From positions 1-37,980 of IMG/VR virus record IMGVR_UViG_3300043443_000061: 37,980 bases of DNA; one strand, 5' to 3'. Made by a program: the position numbers and the translations under genes. The notes below the pieces were generated by a model. That model was given only the letters and a program-made list of their open reading frames with translations, was not told the DNA's origin and made no database searches. Source of the DNA: a virus. Taxonomy: Duplodnaviria; Caudoviricetes. Positions 35,487 through 37,980 of this stretch are shown here, piece by piece; position 1 is the stretch's first letter; the number at the start of each line of letters is the position of its first letter.

Positions 35487-37980
35487 TTATCCAGAAGGTG
35501 TTGCAATTGCTCTGATGTTCTTTACGTAAGGAACAACAGAAGGGTCATCTGCAAGTAGAACCAGTTTGATAGCGAACTGCTTAAATTTACCGCCAAGAGG
35601 ATACTTCACGCTATTTTCTGTATACTCTAATCTGCCGCTGGTTAAGGATGGGCGATACTGCAATTCGATAGTAGTGTCTTGGTCAGGAGAATATAGATCC
35701 TTTACCATTTCCATGCGTTGCCACTTCTTATCGAAGAAATTGGCAGGATCTTCTAGAGACAAGACTTTATAGTATGCTTCAACGCTCGTCCCTTGCGGAC
35801 GAGCGGCACGGAGATAAATTCTTAAATCTCCAGCATCAAAACCATCGGCTAAAGTAATCTTTCTTGTTATGTATCTAGCCCCGGCATTTCCACCATAGTT
35901 AGAATTTTCTCCGGCAACGTATGCAGTAGCATTAGCCGCACCACTTACTCCAGTATCTGTAATAGTGATAGTTGGAGATTCTACATACCCAGAACCACCG
36001 TTAGTTACATGAACGCCTGTTATGTTGCCAGAAACGATTTGAGAATTTAAAACAACTGCAGTTGCGGTCGTGCCATTAGACAATTGTGGGGCACCAATTG
36101 TAACTGTAATTCCGGTGTTAGTAGTGTGGCTACCTCCACCAGAAGTAATTGTTACGTTATTGCTAGAGATAGTACCAGCATTAATTTTATTTTCAATTGC
36201 GACAAGGCTAAATCTTTCGCTATTGAACAATGGAGAAACATCTGAATCTAGCGTTAGCAGCGCAACTTGAACGTTCAATGAAGAACCTGCACCTGCGCTA
36301 ATGATTCTTCTGCGATTGTTAGACTTAGAAGAATTCTTTAGGTCTTTTCCGAAGTTGTATAGTTCGTTCGGCGTTACCTGGAAGTATAGAGCATCTCTAG
36401 ACAAATCGCTTGCTAGAGTCGTATTCGCGAAGTATGTGATATTGCCTACAGGGAAATTTACATCCGTTGCGTGGATTAACATTTCATCCATGTATACGTT
36501 TGCACTTGGCGATTCTACGCTATACGTTAACGTCGCAGGGTTTGTGCTAAAGACTGCTTTATTAACTATAAACATCAAATCTTGATTTTGGAATGGTGTC
36601 CAGACAGAAGCATTTTGACTGCGGAAAAAACTTCCGGCATATGGTTGTTCAGATACGCGACGATCTGTACCTAAGATGTTTTGTCCGAGTTCAGAAATCC
36701 ATACTTCATAGTCTGGAGATTCTGAAGCAACAACAATTCCATACTCTGATGAAGGTTCTAGATATACTGGGTCTGCGAAAGAAAATCTAGTATATGTAGT
36801 AGAATCTGTAGAGTCTGGTAACGTTGTAGTTCCGTTAGTGGTCTTTACGTCGTTAGGATATTTTGTGGCAGTGCCTAAAATTTCTTGCGTAGGAAATCCA
36901 TTTAACGTCTTTACCAGTCTAACAGTTACAGGTAATTGTGGAGCGTCTATAGCAAGGTCTGGTTTAGCCTTAAAGAATAGGTCGACAGAACTTACAAAAA
37001 TGCCATAATTTTGCTTTAGACTTTTTGGTTTTGGAGTAAAGAAAGTTTGTGCAACTGGGTCACGGCTAAACCTAGGAATTACCGGAGTTGGCGGCTGAAC
37101 AACAGGAGGAGGTGGCGGTGGCGCAGGTGGAGGAGGAATAACAATCGGCGTCACGCGAATTTCTTGCGAGCGGTTCAACATACCAGAAGCGATATACTTT
37201 GCCGTGGAGTGCATATCAGAATCTTGGTCATTATATGTCGTAGCACTCGTAATGGTAAAGAGTCTTTCGCCTGTTCTAAACTTTAATAGAGGATCTTCAG
37301 GAATGGTAAAGATGCCAGAAATTCTACCATATTTGTCAACCTTAGACTTCGCTAGCGAATATCTAGAGTTGCTAGTAACAGCAACACTTAATGCAGAATT
37401 TAGCGTAATCTTCATTCCAGTTGCGTCTATTGACGAAATAGAACGCAGTTGACCTATGCCTGTACCAGAAGTGATTCTTACTAGATTGCCGCTTCCTACA
37501 CCAGAATTAATCAAATTAGAAGTTACGTTAATGGTAGCGGTTGCACTGTCTACAACAACAATTTGCCCGGAATAGTGTTGGTAAGATCCAACAGTAATAG
37601 GTGATGCGGGAATGTCAATGTTGTTAACAACCTGACCATTTGCAAATTTAGCAACAGGAGTGCTACCAATAACGCTGCGAATATTGCTTGTTGCGGTAGT
37701 GCTAGGCACCTTGAATATGGTATTGCCTACACCAGAAGCGTAATTCATTGTTCCACTTTGTGGAGAAAGAACTAGAATGGTATTAGCCGAATCCCAATAT
37801 TCAACTTTCGCAAAGAAAGTATTTGAATCTGCGTTCGCTGCACCAGTTGCCGTTCCATTTTGGTAAACAAGATCGCCTCTAACGTAAGAAGAAGATGTTA
37901 GCGAAACACCAGCAATGTTAACGCTGACATAGTTTTCATTTAGAAAAATTGCATTATTAGGAGAAACGTCTACAACCGTA
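35487..37980 (-). CDS. Large virion structural protein, VrlC/DUF4815-like; 5'-truncated by window edge
   Basis: Frame stays open from 37748 to the edge (TVVDVSPNNAIFLNENYVSVNIAG...), so the track's Met is internal; FRTGERLF, DPVAQTFF, GIFVSSVDLFFKAKP, PVYL, SFFRSQNASVWTP.Q..DLMF, YITRKITL, FKQFAIKLVL...NIRAIA. Confidence 0.85.
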   Translation of the reverse strand, partial: TVVDVSPNNAIFLNENYVSVNIAGVSLTSSSYVRGDLVYQNGTATGAANADSNTFFAKVEYWDSANTILVLSPQSGTMNYASGVGNTIFKVPSTTATSNIRSVIGSTPVAKFANGQVVNNIDIPASPITVGSYQHYSGQIVVVDSATATINVTSNLINSGVGSGNLVRITSGTGIGQLRSISSIDATGMKITLNSALSVAVTSNSRYSLAKSKVDKYGRISGIFTIPEDPLLKFRTGERLFTITSATTYNDQDSDMHSTAKYIASGMLNRSQEIRVTPIVIPPPPAPPPPPPVVQPPTPVIPRFSRDPVAQTFFTPKPKSLKQNYGIFVSSVDLFFKAKPDLAIDAPQLPVTVRLVKTLNGFPTQEILGTATKYPNDVKTTNGTTTLPDSTDSTTYTRFSFADPVYLEPSSEYGIVVASESPDYEVWISELGQNILGTDRRVSEQPYAGSFFRSQNASVWTPFQNQDLMFIVNKAVFSTNPATLTYSVESPSANVYMDEMLIHATDVNFPVGNITYFANTTLASDLSRDALYFQVTPNELYNFGKDLKNSSKSNNRRRIISAGAGSSLNVQVALLTLDSDVSPLFNSERFSLVAIENKINAGTISSNNVTITSGGGSHTTNTGITVTIGAPQLSNGTTATAVVLNSQIVSGNITGVHVTNGGSGYVESPTITITDTGVSGAANATAYVAGENSNYGGNAGARYITRKITLADGFDAGDLRIYLRAARPQGTSVEAYYKVLSLEDPANFFDKKWQRMEMVKDLYSPDQDTTIELQYRPSLTSGRLEYTENSVKYPLGGKFKQFAIKLVLLADDPSVVPYVKNIRAIATPSG

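Noticed and set aside
955-35489. Stop-codon reassignment
   Set aside because: Conserved genes are full-length under the standard code, and TAA, TGA and TAG all end genes at sensible positions.

Overview
Virion-morphogenesis region of a T4-like (T4-superfamily) myophage. All real genes are on the minus strand and use the standard code. In transcription order (right to left): the 3' part of a large VrlC/DUF4815-like virion protein; a ~24 kb accessory fibre island (11539-35483); then the conserved T4 core block gp13-gp14-gp15-gp16-gp17-gp18-gp19-gp20-gp67-(unknown)-gp68-gp21-gp22 (gp22 is missing from the ORF track and runs off the left edge). The island appears to be four cassettes. Each follows a T4 late-promoter-like xxTAAATA motif and contains one almost proline-free (Gly-X-Gln/Thr)n collagen-like protein (258, 1883, 1526, 1350 aa), followed by separately encoded beta-rich, lectin-like or glycine-rich partners. 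The most unusual feature is a near-identical globular module repeated six times inside two fibres at regular collagen spacings, plus a divergent copy at a fibre tip. This suggests a beads-on-a-string scaffold that may dock separately encoded adhesins. All family assignments come from motif recognition and synteny; no database searches were run. No tRNA, rRNA, CRISPR array, intron/intein or mobile element was seen.
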